In this document: positions 30,391-40,767 of the stretch, one piece after another | Position numbering within the stretch: the first letter of the stretch is position 1 | Layout of the letters: each line of letters begins with the position of its first letter | NCBI GenBank assembly: GCA_965248695.1 | Contig: CBDFKD010000002.1 | Location: forward strand, 864,001-928,000 | From: Acidobacteriota bacterium | Lineage (GTDB): Bacteria; Acidobacteriota; UBA890; WLXD01 | Reading direction: 5' to 3' | DNA length: 64,000 bases | Made by a program: the position numbers and the translations under genes | Notes under the pieces: model-generated | The model's database searches: none | What the model was told of the DNA's origin: nothing | The model's input: the letters and a program-made list of their open reading frames with translations, nothing else

Positions 30391-31212
30391 GTGACAACGC
30401 TGCCCGCCGCCTCAGGACTGCCTCCGTCGGCGGCGACCCGAGCGCTTACGGCTCTGTGCATCATCGCGGCAGCGGCCTGCGGCGGCTCATCGTCGCGCGC
30501 CGACAACGAGGTCCTGGTGTTCGCAGCCGCCAGCCTGGGCGACGTGCTCGACGAGATCCGCACCGCCTTCGAGAAGGAAACAGGCGTTCATGTCGTGTTC
30601 AACTTCGCCGGCTCCAACGTGCTGGCGCGCCAGATCGAGGCACGCCCCATCGCCGATGTCTTCGTCTCCGCCGATGAGCGCTGGATGGACCATTTGGCAA
30701 GCCTTGACCTGGTGGCCACGGGTTCCCGATCGACGCTACTGGGCAACAACCTGGTGGTGGTGACAAACTCGCACAGCGAGCTCGATCTCGCCCGGCTCAC
30801 CGAGCTCGCCGATGCCGAGTTCAGCTTCTTGTCGCTCGCCGATCCGGATGCCGTGCCAGCGGGCCGTTACGCGAAGGAAACGTTGCAGCGGGTCCGCGTG
30901 GGCACTACCGATCTGTGGAGCCTGGTACACGATGTCGTGGCGCCGGCACCCGACGTGCGCGCTGCGCTGGCACTGGTGGAAGCGCGGCCTGATGTGGTCG
31001 GCATCGTGTACAAGACCGACGCGCTCACCTCGTCGCGGGTGCGCGTCGTTCTCGAGATTCCAGACACCGTGAGTCCACCGATTCGCTACGTAATTGCCGC
31101 CATCGGCCATCAACCGACGCCGGAAACCGGACGCTGGCTGGAGTTCCTCCACGCCGACACGGCTCGAGAGGTTTTCGCGCGTCACGGGTTCGTCACCTAC
31201 GGCGGTGAATGA
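30391..31212 (+). CDS. modA: Molybdate ABC transporter substrate-binding protein
   Basis: [42 protein letters not shown]; lipobox. Start approximate. Confidence 0.93.
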   Translation: MTTLPAASGLPPSAATRALTALCIIAAAACGGSSSRADNEVLVFAAASLGDVLDEIRTAFEKETGVHVVFNFAGSNVLARQIEARPIADVFVSADERWMDHLASLDLVATGSRSTLLGNNLVVVTNSHSELDLARLTELADAEFSFLSLADPDAVPAGRYAKETLQRVRVGTTDLWSLVHDVVAPAPDVRAALALVEARPDVVGIVYKTDALTSSRVRVVLEIPDTVSPPIRYVIAAIGHQPTPETGRWLEFLHADTAREVFARHGFVTYGGE

Positions 31213-31213
31213 G

Positions 31214-31891
31214 GTGGACAACGCCACGCTCGTCGCCCTCGGCCTCACACTCCAGGTGGCCGCTGTTGCCACCGCCGCCGTGCTCGTCCCGTGCACGCTG
31301 ATTGCCTACGCGCTCGCACGCTATGAGTTCCGCGGCAAGGCGGTGCTGTCGAGCCTGTTCGGGTTGCCGCTGGTCTTGCCGCCTACCGCCGTCGGCTATT
31401 TGCTGCTGAAGGCGCTCGGCAGCTCTGGCCCTCTCGGTCCGGCGGCCCTCGGATTTGACCTCGACATTCTCCTCACCTGGAAGGGAGCGGTGGTCGCCTC
31501 TGGCGTGATGGCGTCGCCGCTCGTCGTGCGCACGGCCCGAGTCACCTTCGAAGGCATCGATCCGCGCCTCGAGATGATGGCTCGAACGCTGGGGCACAGC
31601 CGCGCGCAGGCGTTCCTTCGCTACACGATTCCGCTGGCGACACGCGGTCTGCTGGCGGCCGCGATCCTCGGTTTCACGCGCGCCGTCGGCGAGTTCGGCG
31701 CCACCGTCATGCTGGCGGGCAATATTCCGGGTCGTACGCAAACCCTGTCGCTGGCAATTTTCTCGGCGCAGCAGGCAGGCAACGACTCAGAGGCGTACGT
31801 GCTCCTGGGCGTCGCGGTGGTGGTGGGGCTGGTCGCAATCCTGGCGTCGGAGAAGCTCTCGCGTCGGCCGTCGCCGAGAGGCTCGGCGTGA
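31214..31891 (+). CDS. modB: Molybdate ABC transporter permease
   Basis: [44 protein letters not shown]. Confidence 0.95.
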   Translation: MDNATLVALGLTLQVAAVATAAVLVPCTLIAYALARYEFRGKAVLSSLFGLPLVLPPTAVGYLLLKALGSSGPLGPAALGFDLDILLTWKGAVVASGVMASPLVVRTARVTFEGIDPRLEMMARTLGHSRAQAFLRYTIPLATRGLLAAAILGFTRAVGEFGATVMLAGNIPGRTQTLSLAIFSAQQAGNDSEAYVLLGVAVVVGLVAILASEKLSRRPSPRGSA

Positions 31892-33045
31892 CGCGCCGCC
31901 AGACAACACCCGCCACCGGCGCAGGAATGCCACAGCTGCACGTCAACGTGCAGGTACCGCTGGACCATTTCGACCTGGCGGTCGAGTTCAGCACGCGGGC
32001 GCGCTCCGTAGGTTTGTTCGGGCCATCCGGTGCCGGCAAGACGAGCGTCCTGCGCGCTATCGCCGGGCTCGAGACACGGGCGCAAGGCCAAATCAGCCTG
32101 GGCGACGAAGTCTGGCTCGATTCCGATTCCGGCATCCAGGTGGCGCCGGAGGGAAGGGCGATCGGTTATCTACCACAGGATGGACTGCTGTTCCCGAATC
32201 ACGACGTGCGCGGCAACCTGCTCGCCGGCGCGACGCGGGCACGACGACAGGGACGTCGAGTCAAGCAGCTCTTCGACACGACCTGCCGGCTGTTGGAACT
32301 CGGCCCGCTGCTCGAGCGCGAGGTGGCCACCCTCTCGGGTGGCGAGCGCCAACGGGTGGCCTTGGGGCGCGCCATCTGCTCCGGGCCCAGGCTATTGCTG
32401 CTCGACGAGCCGCTGGCGTCGTTGGACCTGCAGTTGCGCCGCCGAGTATTGCCGTTTCTGCGGCGCGTGCGCGAGCAGCTCGAGATCCCGATGCTACTGG
32501 TGTCGCACGACCCGGTGGAGGTGCAAGCACTTTGCTCCGAACTGGTCGCCATGCGCCGCGGCACGATCGTCGCCCATGGGGAGGTACGCGACGTGCTCAC
32601 CGACGCCGAGGTGCTGCCGTTCGGTGCCCACGACGGCTTCGACAACGTGGTCGCCTGTTCGGTGCTCGAGCACGGCGCTGGCACGAGCACGGTGCGGCTC
32701 GGCGAGAGCAGCGATCGGCAACTGACCGTGCCGGCAACCGGTGGCGTCCGGGGCGATCAGCGCCTGCTGCGGATTCCGGCGCGCGACATCATCGTGGCGA
32801 TCCAGCCACCCATCGGTCTCTCGGCCCGCAACGTCGTGCCGGCAACGATCGGACGCATCCGCTCCGACGGCGACTTGCGGCTGGTCGTTGCCGACCTCGG
32901 TGACGACGGTCCCGATCTCGCCGCCGTGGTCACCAGCGAAGCGTGCGGCGCGCTCGGGCTCGAGGTCGGACAGCAGGTGTACCTGATCATCAAGACTGCC
33001 TCCTGCGACCTGTACGAGGGGACAGGACAGGAGTCCAACGGTTGA
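31888..33045 (+). CDS. modC: Molybdate ABC transporter ATPase with TOBE domains
   Basis: [26 protein letters not shown]; GLSARN...LIIK TOBE. Confidence 0.95.
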   Translation: MTRRQTTPATGAGMPQLHVNVQVPLDHFDLAVEFSTRARSVGLFGPSGAGKTSVLRAIAGLETRAQGQISLGDEVWLDSDSGIQVAPEGRAIGYLPQDGLLFPNHDVRGNLLAGATRARRQGRRVKQLFDTTCRLLELGPLLEREVATLSGGERQRVALGRAICSGPRLLLLDEPLASLDLQLRRRVLPFLRRVREQLEIPMLLVSHDPVEVQALCSELVAMRRGTIVAHGEVRDVLTDAEVLPFGAHDGFDNVVACSVLEHGAGTSTVRLGESSDRQLTVPATGGVRGDQRLLRIPARDIIVAIQPPIGLSARNVVPATIGRIRSDGDLRLVVADLGDDGPDLAAVVTSEACGALGLEVGQQVYLIIKTASCDLYEGTGQESNG

Positions 33046-33566
33046 GCGATGCCCCCCGAGATCGAGCCCTGGACGACACCAGCATCGCAACCGACGGTGA
33101 ATTCCGCATCCGGATCCTCGTCGACGCGGACGCTTGCCCGGTTAAGAACGAGGTCTACCGAGTCGCGCGTCGCTACCGGCTTCAGGTCAGAGTGGTGGCC
33201 AACTCGTGGATCCGCATCCCGGAGGACGAAGGGTTCGAGCTCGTCGTAGTGGAGGGTCAGTTCGACGCCGCCGACGACTGGATCGTCGACAATTGCGGTG
33301 CCGGCGATGTAGTCATCTGCGACGATATCCCGCTCGCGGCACGAACGCTGGAACGTGGCGCTCGCGCCCTCAGCCCGCGTGGATGCCCGTTCACCGAGGA
33401 CTCCATCGGCGGCGCATTGGCAACCCGTGAGCTCATGTCACAGCTACGCGACATGGGCACGGTGACCGGCGGCCCGGCGCCATTCGCAAAGCGCGACCGG
33501 TCGCAGTTCTTGCAGCAGCTGGACCAGACCGTTCAGGATCTACGGAAACGAGGCCCTGCCGTATGA
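33042..33566 (+). CDS. YaiI/YqxD (DUF188) family protein
   Basis: ILVDADACPVK, DAADDWI, DIPLA, GGPAPF. Start uncertain. Confidence 0.85.
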   Translation: MSDAPRDRALDDTSIATDGEFRIRILVDADACPVKNEVYRVARRYRLQVRVVANSWIRIPEDEGFELVVVEGQFDAADDWIVDNCGAGDVVICDDIPLAARTLERGARALSPRGCPFTEDSIGGALATRELMSQLRDMGTVTGGPAPFAKRDRSQFLQQLDQTVQDLRKRGPAV

Positions 33567-33946
33567 ACCCTTACAGTCATATCGACCTGCGTGTGGACAG
33601 CATGGACACGTGCCTGCCTTTCTACGAGAAGCTGCTCGCGAGGTTCGGCTTCGGCCACCGCACCAGCGACGGTGAGTGGGAGATCTTCGTCGGCGACGGC
33701 GAGTTCCCTGGCGTGGCGTTCTTCTCGATGATCGAGGATCCGGCGCATCGGCCGAACGGCAATCGCATCGCGTTCTGCGCCCTGTCGCGCGACGAGGTGG
33801 ATGCCGTCGGCGAGCTGCTGCGGGAGATCGGGGCCGGCATCGAGAGTGGGCCGCGCCTGTGCAGCGAGTATAACGACGGCTACTACGCGGTCTTTTTCGA
33901 GGACCCGGCAGGTAACCTGCTCGAGGTCGTGCATCGAACGGAGTGA
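33563..33946 (+). CDS. VOC/glyoxalase family protein
   Basis: HIDLRV...FYEKLL...YYAVFFEDPAGNLLEV. Confidence 0.9.
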   Translation: MNPYSHIDLRVDSMDTCLPFYEKLLARFGFGHRTSDGEWEIFVGDGEFPGVAFFSMIEDPAHRPNGNRIAFCALSRDEVDAVGELLREIGAGIESGPRLCSEYNDGYYAVFFEDPAGNLLEVVHRTE

Positions 33947-33949
33947 GAC

Positions 33950-34687
33950 ATGCTTACCGACACCTCGGCGCCGGGTTGGCGCTCGCAGTCGATCCCCGAG
34001 CTCTCCCTGGCGACGACGGCCGGGAGGGTGGCTGTCGCCGTCGCGTTTCTGGTTGCGTTCCCGGTCGCTGCACAGGAAGTCGACCCACTGCTCGACGAAT
34101 CGATCCGCTGGTACACGGGCATGACCGGGACGGTCGACGACCAGCGCGCCCGTGAGCTGCTGCTCGAGGCACTGGAGACGCCTGACCCGATCAGCCGCAT
34201 GTGGCTGGCACGCTGCCATTCGCGTGGCCGCATGTTTTTCGAGCGCGACGAGGCGCGCGCCGACCTGCTCGCCGCCGAGGTGATCACCGAGATCGAGCGA
34301 CTCGCCCACGCGGGCGTCGCCGAAGCGGCGTTCCTCATGGGCACGGCCAACGACGAAGGCCTGGCAATGGAGATCGACCCGGCGATGGCGGCCGCCTGGT
34401 TTCACCGCGCTGCCGACCAACGCCACGTGTTGGCGCAGCACAACCTCGGCAACGCCTACTACGGTGGCCGCGGCCTACCGCAGAGCGACGTGATGGCGGT
34501 CTACTGGTGGCGGCTGGCGTCCGAGCAAGGCGACGCCATACCGCAACGGGAGCTCGCAGCGATGTACGAGCAGGGCCGTGGCGTCGCCATGGACCTCGCG
34601 GAAGCCGAGCGCTGGTATCGGCAGAGCGCCGAGCGCGGCAACACCCAGGCACAAGAAGCGCTCGAGAGGCTCACCGCTCAGCGCTGA
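33950..34687 (+). CDS. Sel1-repeat exported protein
   Basis: AQHNLGNAYYGGRG...WWRLASEQGD...WYRQSAERG. Confidence 0.88.
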   Translation: MLTDTSAPGWRSQSIPELSLATTAGRVAVAVAFLVAFPVAAQEVDPLLDESIRWYTGMTGTVDDQRARELLLEALETPDPISRMWLARCHSRGRMFFERDEARADLLAAEVITEIERLAHAGVAEAAFLMGTANDEGLAMEIDPAMAAAWFHRAADQRHVLAQHNLGNAYYGGRGLPQSDVMAVYWWRLASEQGDAIPQRELAAMYEQGRGVAMDLAEAERWYRQSAERGNTQAQEALERLTAQR

Positions 34688-34809
34688 GCGGCCGTCCGCA
34701 GGCGAGCCGATAAGCCGCGACGCGGCAGTCGGTGGTCGGTCGCCAGGCACCATCGTAGGATGGGGACGGTCCCTCATCCGACTCGCCCCTGACCATTTCT
34801 CGTTGCGCG

Positions 34810-35637
34810 ATGGAGATCGTTCGACACACAGACGCCGCCGCGTTCTTGCGTCGGGCGGAGGCATGGCTGCTGCTGGCCGAGGCCGAGAACAACCTCGTGC
34901 TCGGCATCGCCAGCGCGCTCATCGATGGCGACCACTCGTACGCGGATCCCATCTACCTCGCAACGGTCGAGGACGACGGCAAGGTATGCGGCTGCGCCTT
35001 TCGCACCCCGCCGTACAAGCTGTCGCTGACGCGAATGCCGCTGGCGGCGATCGATCCCCTGGTTGCCAGCGTTGCGTCGGTATACCCGTCGGTACACGCG
35101 GTCGGCGGGCCAGCGGCGGCTGCGAATGGGTTCGCAGAATCCTGGGCCGCATGCCGCGGAGTCGACTGCGAGGTGATCATGCGCAACGCCATCTACAGCC
35201 TGGACACCGTCGTGCCGCCGCCGTCACCACCGCCCGGCATCATGCGACAGGCGTCGGCGTCAGACTTGCAGCAATTGAGCGACTGGGGAGTCCGCTTCGT
35301 CGAGGAGACCGGCGTCGAGCACTCGCACGACCTGACGAGGCGACTCGTCGAGAACGGATCGATGTACGTCTGGGAGGATGATGCCATCACCTCGATGGCA
35401 GCCGCGATGGACCCCACCGCCACCGGCGTTCGGATCGGCTACGTCTACACTCCGCCGAGCGCGCGCGGCCGGGGCTACGCCTCGGTTCTCGTCGCCGAGC
35501 TCAGCCAGCTGCACTTCGACCGCGGCCTCGACCTGTGCTTTCTCTACACCGACGTCGCAAACCCGACATCGAACGCCATCTACAGCCGCATCGGCTACCG
35601 CCAGGTGTGCGAGGTCATCGAGATCGCCCTTTGCTAG
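34810..35637 (+). CDS. GNAT family N-acetyltransferase
   Basis: VYTPPSARGRGYA, LYTDVANPTSNAIYSRIGY. Confidence 0.92.
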   Translation: MEIVRHTDAAAFLRRAEAWLLLAEAENNLVLGIASALIDGDHSYADPIYLATVEDDGKVCGCAFRTPPYKLSLTRMPLAAIDPLVASVASVYPSVHAVGGPAAAANGFAESWAACRGVDCEVIMRNAIYSLDTVVPPPSPPPGIMRQASASDLQQLSDWGVRFVEETGVEHSHDLTRRLVENGSMYVWEDDAITSMAAAMDPTATGVRIGYVYTPPSARGRGYASVLVAELSQLHFDRGLDLCFLYTDVANPTSNAIYSRIGYRQVCEVIEIALC

Positions 35638-35720
35638 CCGCGGCGAGCGCTGGGAATTCGTACCCGAGATGGCGGGGATAGACTTGCTCGCAGGCTGAGC
35701 CACCAACACCCAGGAGCCGA

Positions 35721-36053
35721 ATGACCATACCGCCGCGCTCGGAAGGATCGCTCGTCATCGTGCTCGGGGTAGTGGTGCTCGTGCTCATTGGCGCGTTGGC
35801 GCACTCGCTCCTCGGAATCGCTCACATGTTCGGCCTTCTGGTGGAGCTCGGTGCGGCGGCGCTCATCGCGTCCGTCGCTTTCGGACTGGCCCGGTTCCTG
35901 TCGATGCGGGTAGGCGCGCCAGGCTGGTTGTGGGGGGTGGCCTTCGTGGTGCCGACCTTCGCGGGCTCCCTCGGCGGCGGCCTTCTGCACGACGGGATGT
36001 TCGGGCTGGTGTGGCTGCTAGCCGCGATCGTAGGCGCCAATCACCGACGCTAG
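35721..36053 (+). CDS. Small membrane protein
   Basis: AGGAG RBS; four hydrophobic segments; the stop lies in the left CTAG of the adjacent element. Confidence 0.6.
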   Translation: MTIPPRSEGSLVIVLGVVVLVLIGALAHSLLGIAHMFGLLVELGAAALIASVAFGLARFLSMRVGAPGWLWGVAFVVPTFAGSLGGGLLHDGMFGLVWLLAAIVGANHRR

Positions 36054-36328
36054 CGGGCCGTGGTGGAAGTGTAGCGGGCCTGGTTGCGACGAGTTGGGGC
36101 CAGATGCAAGGCGGCCTGACGGAGGCGATGCCCTAGCCATCGTCGAGGAGGGCCAACGCCGCAGATGGCCCCAAATCGCCGCAACCCTTTGGGCGACAGG
36201 GGGTTGCGCGCGTATACTGCGTCGTTCGTCGTCAACGATGGGGTAGCCATCGCCTCCTCCTCTCTCCTTGCCTCCACCTCGCAAGACCCTGTCGCCAGGC
36301 CCGCCACACTTCCACCGCGGCCTGCTAG
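36050..36328. mobile_element. Non-autonomous MITE-like palindromic element bounded by CTAG
   Basis: 34-bp TIRs including CTAG (36050-36083 vs 36295-36328, 31/34 identical); internal inverted pair GGAGGCGATG (36121) / CATCGCCTCC (about 36248); central GCAACCC...GGGTTGC hairpin; no credible ORF. Confidence 0.85.
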
Positions 36329-37686
36329 CGACGCAACTCTCCGGCCAGTCGTCGCAAATCGGCCTCGTCGACGAGCCCTCGCAACCATACGAGGTAGCCT
36401 CGCGGATCGCGCCATCGGAGCATGCGCTCACCGTTCGGGTGAACACTGAACACCGCGGTTTCCAAACGAGATCCGGCGCGCCCAGCCTGGCGTGGAGCGG
36501 CAGCCAGCTGGCGACGTTGTGCTGCCGGTTGCTCAGCGTCGAGATCCGCCAGCTCCGCGTCCGCCGCCTCGACGCGCTGTTGCAACAGAGTGACCTCGGC
36601 ACCATCGGCAAGAACATAGAGATAGCGCAAGAGGGGGCGCCCCCGGGTCGCGTCCGGCAGCCCGCCTCCGGGACCGACGGACACTTCCATCTCGGTGGCA
36701 TCCTCGAGCCGCAATGGCGCGGCGCCGAGCCAATCCGCAGCGGCGAGCGCGTCGACGGCGGCCATCTCGCCGGTGACCCGAAACTCGCGAAAGGAAGCGG
36801 CCGTGTCGATCTCGGTCGGCGTTCGCACATTGCTGGCGGCAGCGGCGACGCCCTGGGGCGCCTCTGGACGAACACTGAGCTCGAGTCGGTCCTCCTCGAC
36901 GTCGGTCACTGCCGCAGCGACGAGGGCCTCCCTGGTGGCGGCCTCCTCGGCACGGGCGGGCCGACGCAGCCCGTTGGCGGTTTGAGCTGCGAGCGGAGCG
37001 ACGACGGACCGTGATGGCGGCGCCGTAGCAACCCGGGCAGCCCGCTCGTCACCGACGAGCTCGTCGGTGGCCGGGCCAGGCGCCGCTTTGGCCTCGAGGA
37101 CACGTACCGCTTCGGCCTCACTGGCGGGTGCCGTATCGGCCTTCGGAGCGAGAGACGTCGGAGGCGCTGGCCGCGCACCCGCCGGCGCCGCCGGGGAGCT
37201 GGAGGCCACTGGCTCGTCATCGCGCTGGTCGCCCGCTTGTCCCCCGACGGGCTCGCCTGGCCGAAGCTCACCGGTGAAGCCCGATGTGTCAGGCCCGAAG
37301 CCGCGGCTGGCCTGCCAGCCGAGAGTAAACGCCAGCACCAGCGTCGCCGCCCACGCAAGCTGCCGACGCCGGGTGCCCTGGGGTCTCGGCAGCGGCACCG
37401 TGCCGTCGGCGCGACCCTCTTCGGGGCTCTCTTCGCGGCCTTCTTCGCGGCCCTCATCGAGATCCTCGTCGGCGCGACCCAGCAGCGCTTGCCACGCCGG
37501 CGCCTCGACATCGGGCGCCAGCTCGCCGATCAGCTGGGCGGCGAGCGACTTCGTAGTTGCCCCCTCCTCCAGGATCGCGGTGCACGGATCGCAGTCCCGG
37601 ATATGGAGCTCCAGCGCCAGGCGCTCGGCAGCGGTGCATTCGCCGTCCAGATAAGCGTGTACCTGCCCCTCGTCAACGTGTGGCAT
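36325..37686 (-). CDS. Zinc-finger (zf-HC2/ZAS) anti-sigma factor with TM helix and Pro/Ala-rich linker
   Basis: MPHVDEGQVHAYLDGE...HIRDCDPC; TM LAWAATLVLAFTLGW; overlaps the ECF gene end. Confidence 0.88.
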   Translation of the reverse strand: MPHVDEGQVHAYLDGECTAAERLALELHIRDCDPCTAILEEGATTKSLAAQLIGELAPDVEAPAWQALLGRADEDLDEGREEGREESPEEGRADGTVPLPRPQGTRRRQLAWAATLVLAFTLGWQASRGFGPDTSGFTGELRPGEPVGGQAGDQRDDEPVASSSPAAPAGARPAPPTSLAPKADTAPASEAEAVRVLEAKAAPGPATDELVGDERAARVATAPPSRSVVAPLAAQTANGLRRPARAEEAATREALVAAAVTDVEEDRLELSVRPEAPQGVAAAASNVRTPTEIDTAASFREFRVTGEMAAVDALAAADWLGAAPLRLEDATEMEVSVGPGGGLPDATRGRPLLRYLYVLADGAEVTLLQQRVEAADAELADLDAEQPAAQRRQLAAAPRQAGRAGSRLETAVFSVHPNGERMLRWRDPRGYLVWLRGLVDEADLRRLAGELRR

Positions 37687-38173
37687 CGCTCGCTCCTCGT
37701 TGCTGCCGCTGCCGTTCCCACGCTGCAGCCAGTCGCTTGCGCGCTCGGGCCAACGTAGTGCCCATCGATCCGACGGAGAGATCCAACCGCGTCGCAATCT
37801 CGTCGTAAGAGAAACCGTGCTCCTTGAGCATCAGCGCTTCCCGGTCGCGCCCCGGCAACTCCGCCAGCGCCGCCTGAACCCGTTCCTGGCGCTGTCGCAG
37901 CTCCATCTCCTCGTCCGGCGCTGCATTGGCGACCTCCGACCCTGCCACCAGCCGAAGATGACTCCGCCGTACCGCGATCCGACGCCCCTCGTCACGAACC
38001 AGATTCGCCGCCACGGCATAGAGCCAGCTCTTGGGATTGGCGGGACGAGTACGAATAGCGCGCACGAAAGCCTCCTGGGCAAGCTCCTCGGAACGAGCCA
38101 AATCGCCCAGTCTGCGGTGGATGAACCCAACCAGCGGGCCATATTGCTGTCTGTAGACCTTCTCCAGATCCAC
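37673..38173 (-). CDS. ECF RNA polymerase sigma factor
   Basis: SEELAQEAF...WLYAVAANLVRD; GFSYDEIA...GTTLARARKRL. Confidence 0.92.
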   Translation of the reverse strand: MDLEKVYRQQYGPLVGFIHRRLGDLARSEELAQEAFVRAIRTRPANPKSWLYAVAANLVRDEGRRIAVRRSHLRLVAGSEVANAAPDEEMELRQRQERVQAALAELPGRDREALMLKEHGFSYDEIATRLDLSVGSMGTTLARARKRLAAAWERQRQQRGASDATR

Positions 38174-38233
38174 GTGCTGCCCTCCGGCGGCCAGGAGCCC
38201 CGACGGCGCGGGCTCCCGGCTCCCTTGCTCCGA

Positions 38234-40597
38234 CTACCGCGCTTCGGCCGCAAAGGCTCTGCGCAGGAGCGACCAATCGGCCACGCCCAGCGGGGGCCCG
38301 TCCGCATCGATACGAAGTACCAGCCCCTCACCGGCGATGATAACGCTCTCGCCCAGGGCCAAGGCCGGCTGCAGGCCGGGGAACTGTCGCTGCAGCTCGA
38401 ACCAATCACGATTGTACGGCGCCACGCTCATCGTCGGCCAGGCGGAATCGGCGCGCACATCGCGCAGCCCATCGGCGCTCTCGACGAACAGACGCCTGCC
38501 GACGCGGCGCCAGGACGACGCTTCGGCGACCCTGCCACCGAACGCTGGCCCGGCGGCTAGCGCCTCATCGGCCTCGGCCAGCGACGCGGCGACGCGCAGT
38601 CGCTTGCTGGCGATCGCCTGCCGTAACGCCGTCTCGCCGGTCTGCTGGGCGGGGGCCCGAGCAAAGCGCTCGGCGCGACGTTGTACTTCCTCACGATCGT
38701 CCGCCAGCCCCGGCTCTTGCACCAGGTACGAGGTGTACTCGGTGAGCACGCCATAGCGCAGGCCGAGGGTGCGGATCTCCTCGACCAGCTCGCGATCGGT
38801 GCCGTGCAGCCGCAACTGCGCCGTCAGCGCACCCACCTTGCGTGACGCCCACAGCCGCGCGACGTATGCGTTGTCGCGTTGACGCTGCGGAAAATCCACC
38901 TCGAAGGCGAACTGCTCGCGACGGCCGCCACGCTCACCCTCCAGCACAAGGCTACCGGCGCCGGCGCCGCGATAGCGACCGGTGACCACCAGCTCCTGGC
39001 CGTGGAACAGATCCGGCAGCGGCCCCGGATGTAGATCCTCGATGGTTGCCGGTGCCGAGACGATGCGCAGATCCGACAGCACCGGGGCACCGATGCGACG
39101 GCCGAGGGCGGCCACCGCGCTCTCGACGCTCTCACCCGGGCGCACGTAGTCGACGGTTCCCCGACCTGCCTCCGCCAGGCGATCCAGGAGGTAGGCGTTG
39201 ACGTCGTCGCCGACGCCGAAGGCAAAGACGCGCTCGCCGTCGCGCAGCTGCTCGGCTGCGGCACTGATGCGTACCGGGTCGGTCTCGCCCACCGTCGGCA
39301 GCCCGTCGGTGAGAAACAGCACCATCGACAGCCGTCCGGCCACTACCTGTGGCTCGAGCGCAGTCCGCAACGCTCCATCGATGTTGGTGCTGCCGTCTGC
39401 CGGCACGCTGCGTAGATAGTCGACCGCACGGGCAACGTTTTCCGGAGTCGCGGCCAGATACTCGGGCTCATACGAGCGCACGGCGCTGGCGAAGGTGATC
39501 AGCCGGAAGCGATCGTGCTGCCGCAGGCCGCGCAGCATCTGTTCGAGCGCCGCGCGCGCCTGCTCGAGCTTGTGACCGGCCATCGACCCGGACACGTCGA
39601 GCACCAGCGACACGTCACGCGCGATGGTCTCGGTGGCCTCGGCCGCCGGCGGGCTGAGCAGCAGCAGGAAGTAGCTGTCCTCGTTGCCCGGATCTGGTGC
39701 ATGGGTCAGCAGGCTGGCGCCGACGGTGGAGCCGAGTCGCGGCAGGAGCAGCTCGAAGCCGGTGCCGCCGGTGCGGCGCTCGTTGTCGAGCAGGCGCACC
39801 TCGACCACGTCGCCTGGGCGAGAGGCCACATCGATTGCGTCGGTGGGCGAGTACGGAGTACCCAACATCGACGCGTTCTCGATACGAACGAGCACCGACG
39901 AAGCGATAGCGGGCCCCGCCACGGGCGTCGCCTGGCGGATGTTCGCCCGGGGCACCGGAAGCCCTTCGAGCCCATCGCCGCGCAAGTCCATGACGCCGGC
40001 GCTACGCGGAAACCGCATGCGCAACAAGTCCCCTGATAGCGGCAACACCTGGGCGTAGCGCAGGATGATGCGCCGCGTGTCGCCCGGCTCGATCGGAAAC
40101 ACACGAGCGCAAATCAGGTCGCGGCCAGCGAGCTCGACCAGCGCCGGATCGCGGCGCTTGCGCACGATCTCCTCGTAGATTGCCCGCGCCTGTTCCGCCT
40201 GCAGCATCTCGCCGCGCATCTCGTTCTCGCCGGCGAACAGCGACAGGTTGTGGAACACCGCGCCGCGTGGAAGGGCGTACCGGTAGTCGCCCTCGAGCAC
40301 CCGACCGGCGTGATTGCGAAACTCCTCGAGCACCTCGAAGCTCGCCAGCCTGGTGCGCGCGTCGATGCTGATGGTGACCTCGCTGCGGACACGCACGACC
40401 ATAGGATCGCGCATCAGAGTCGATACGCCGGCGGGGCCTGCCGGCACCGGCTCGGGGGAGGCGGCGGCAATGCTGAGCATGACCGCAAGCGCGACGAGCA
40501 TCGGCCGCACGACTCCCGGGTTACGGCGCTGATCGGGCACTGGTGGGCGGCGCGTTTTCTGCCTGCGAGGCGAAGCGTGGCGCGGAATCGGGATCAT
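38234..40597 (-). CDS. Exported VIT + von Willebrand A domain protein
   Basis: VIT motifs EEFRN...LEGDY...ARAIYEEIVRKRRDPALVE...VFPIEPG; MIDAS DVSGSM and FLTDG; AGGAG RBS before ATG 40597. Confidence 0.9.
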   Translation of the reverse strand: MIPIPRHASPRRQKTRRPPVPDQRRNPGVVRPMLVALAVMLSIAAASPEPVPAGPAGVSTLMRDPMVVRVRSEVTISIDARTRLASFEVLEEFRNHAGRVLEGDYRYALPRGAVFHNLSLFAGENEMRGEMLQAEQARAIYEEIVRKRRDPALVELAGRDLICARVFPIEPGDTRRIILRYAQVLPLSGDLLRMRFPRSAGVMDLRGDGLEGLPVPRANIRQATPVAGPAIASSVLVRIENASMLGTPYSPTDAIDVASRPGDVVEVRLLDNERRTGGTGFELLLPRLGSTVGASLLTHAPDPGNEDSYFLLLLSPPAAEATETIARDVSLVLDVSGSMAGHKLEQARAALEQMLRGLRQHDRFRLITFASAVRSYEPEYLAATPENVARAVDYLRSVPADGSTNIDGALRTALEPQVVAGRLSMVLFLTDGLPTVGETDPVRISAAAEQLRDGERVFAFGVGDDVNAYLLDRLAEAGRGTVDYVRPGESVESAVAALGRRIGAPVLSDLRIVSAPATIEDLHPGPLPDLFHGQELVVTGRYRGAGAGSLVLEGERGGRREQFAFEVDFPQRQRDNAYVARLWASRKVGALTAQLRLHGTDRELVEEIRTLGLRYGVLTEYTSYLVQEPGLADDREEVQRRAERFARAPAQQTGETALRQAIASKRLRVAASLAEADEALAAGPAFGGRVAEASSWRRVGRRLFVESADGLRDVRADSAWPTMSVAPYNRDWFELQRQFPGLQPALALGESVIIAGEGLVLRIDADGPPLGVADWSLLRRAFAAEAR

Positions 40598-40767
40598 GGT
40601 GTGTCTCCTGTTGGTGGAGTTGGAATGTCTCTGACCGACCCTGAGACGCACCATCGCCGGAAACTTGCACACCGCCTGCCTCCTCGTGCCCACCGGTCGG
40701 GTCCGAGCCCTCGCACATTTGCTTCGCGGGCGCAGACGCCAGACCCCGAACGGCGTACCCTAGGTTC

